DNA of 64,000 bases, taken from NCBI RefSeq assembly GCF_006345805.1, contig NC_043001.1, positions 118,544,001 through 118,608,000 on the forward strand. The letters are read 5' to 3'. Source of the stretch: Octopus sinensis. Its lineage: Eukaryota. The position numbers and the translations under genes were made by a program. Positions 62,218 through 64,000 of this stretch are shown here, in pieces. Position 1 is the first letter of the stretch; every line of letters starts with the position of its first letter. A model generated the notes under the pieces. The model was not told the origin of the DNA. It was given only the letters and a program-made list of their open reading frames with translations, and ran no database searches.

Positions 62218-62678
62218 ATTTTAGTGGTGGTGGTGGTGGTCTTAATACTGTTGCAGTTGGTGGTGGTAGTCGTAATGGGAGCTATGGTGACAGCGGTGAT
62301 AGTAGTGATAGTGGTTGTCATGGTAGTAGTAGAGGTGGTTGGCAGCGCCCATGCCACTGTATGTACATTCTGAGCGGACTTTTTTTAAAGAAAATTTACT
62401 CCCCAGCAAAATGATACATTTTCTTTATAACAATTCTCTTCTTGCATGACCATAAGATATGATTTGGATGTAATTTGTTTTCAAATCTAATAATATATAT
62501 TTACTGAGGAGAAATAAAGGTTAAGTCATGTTGAGGTCCTATTGTGTTTAGAAATAGTTAGTCTAAAGCAGAAGTAGAGACCCCTTTTAAGTTGTAAACC
62601 CATATTGAGGTTAACTGACACTGACAAGGCTACGTTCTCTAAGCAATTTTATACAGCTAAACCTACATAAATCTGTCA

Positions 62679-62732
<54 letters not shown>

Positions 62733-62937
62733 ATGTATGTATGTATGTATGTATGTATGTATGTATGTATGTATGTATGTGCGTATGTATGTATGTATGT
62801 ATGTATGTGTGAATGTATGTATGTGTGAATGTATGTATGTATGTATGTATGTAGGTGCAAGTCAAATACAGTTCTGGGTTGTGTTAAGCTGGCATTCCTC
62901 AGGAAAATGGTCAAACGCACATTTTAAAATGGACATC

Positions 62938-63148
62938 TGCGGAGCTGGCAGAATCGTTAGCACGCCGGGCAAAATGCCTTTCGGCATTTCGTCCGTCTTT
63001 ACGTTCTGCGTTCAATTTCTTCTGAGGTCCACTTTGCCTTTCATCCTTTCGGGGTCGATAAAATAAGTACCAGTTGATTACTGGGGGTCAATGTAATCGA
63101 CTTACCCCTCCTCCGAAATTGCTGGCCTTGTGTCAAAATTTGAAACCA
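62938..63148 (+). mobile_element. SINE family A (CpG largely retained)
   Basis: gcggagctggcagaatcgttagcacgccgggc... Confidence 0.85.
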
Positions 63149-63380
63149 ATTTTTGATGTTACCATCTTGTATGCATGCATGTATGTATTATGTAAATGTA
63201 TGTATGTATGTATGTATGTATGTATGTATGTATGTATGTATGTATGTGCAAAGCAATTCACGAATGAAAATATAATAAACAAACATGTATAAAAACCACG
63301 CATAAACACTCAGACGCACTCAAATACACCCATCAACAAAATCTCAACAAAGACTTTGTATTGATGTGTTGTTTTTACAG

Positions 63381-63574
63381 GGGAACATCCGACAGTCAAC
63401 CAAACAGCTGAACATTTTGCGCGGAAATTTGTAACGAATCGCCGTCACATGACCTATTCAACCTACACGGAGTCGATGGGAAGAATCTTGCCTCGAGATC
63501 TCCTAATCATCATGGACTCTTCCGGAAGTGTCTCCCCGGCAGAATTTCAACAGAGCAAGCAAGCTATGGCAGAA
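63381..63574 (+). CDS. Secreted TSP1-vWA protein, second coding exon: linker + start of vWA domain (MIDAS)
   Basis: tttacag|GG GAA CAT... is phase 1, matching the 59367 donor; (R)EHPTVNQTAEHFARKFVTNRRHMTYSTYTESMGRILPRDLLIIMDSSGSVSPAEFQQSKQAMAE; DxSxS at 63515-63529; donor gtaaga at 63575. The gene continues beyond the window. Confidence 0.88.
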
Positions 63575-64000
63575 GTAAGATCCACTAATTATTTATTTAT
63601 TTATTCATTTATTTATTTATTTATTTATTTATTTATCAGAATTGAAGAGTAACTTAGGAAGTATATTTCTACTATTTCAGATAATATCGGGAATTATGGC
63701 ATATATATCTTTAACCTTTTACCTGTTTCAGTCATTGGACTGCGACCATGCTGGAGCACCGCCATGAAGGGTCTTGGTCGAACGAATCTACCCCAGTATT
63801 TGTTATTTTCTAAAGCCTGATACTTATCCTATCGGTTTATTTTGCCAAACCGTTAAGGGTCTGCAAACAAACCGACACCGGCTGTCAAGCGATGGTGAGG
63901 ACAAGCACAAAGACACACGCACACATTCATGTATGACAGTTTTCTTTTGGCTTCCATCTATCAAATCCATTCACAAGGCCATGGTCGGCTCGAGACAATA

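Overview
Eukaryotic, AT-rich, microsatellite- and SINE-dense animal DNA, most consistent with an octopus (coleoid cephalopod); the species call is inferred from repeat style, not from a search. The left third holds nine coding exons of PICK1 (+ strand, 2348-21230, PDZ + BAR + acidic tail); its first small coding exon was not found in the window. The middle holds an intact 7SL (SRP) RNA gene (-, 26362-26656), a tRNA-Gly(GCC) gene (-, 36323-36393) with a decayed 5'-half copy beside it, and between them a stack of transposon relics: an R4/NeSL-type RT fragment, a Gypsy element, a Penelope-like GIY-YIG remnant split by a MITE with an 8-bp target-site duplication (TSD), and a CRE-clade retroelement. 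At 47.5-55 kb there is a cluster of Helitrons. The right end starts a secreted TSP1 + vWA(MIDAS) gene (+, exons 59136-59367 and 63381-63574) that runs off the window. The most unusual signals are a Penelope-associated hammerhead ribozyme whose core C3-G8 pair appears swapped to G3-C8, sister copies that fold back at its stem II (one giving a perfect 97-bp palindrome), two further hammerheads with long stem II inserts, young inverted repeats bracketing two PICK1 exons, a CpG-decay contrast between PICK1 introns and the rest, and a cysteine-stripped TSP1 domain. All alignments and translations were done by eye; nothing was database-searched.
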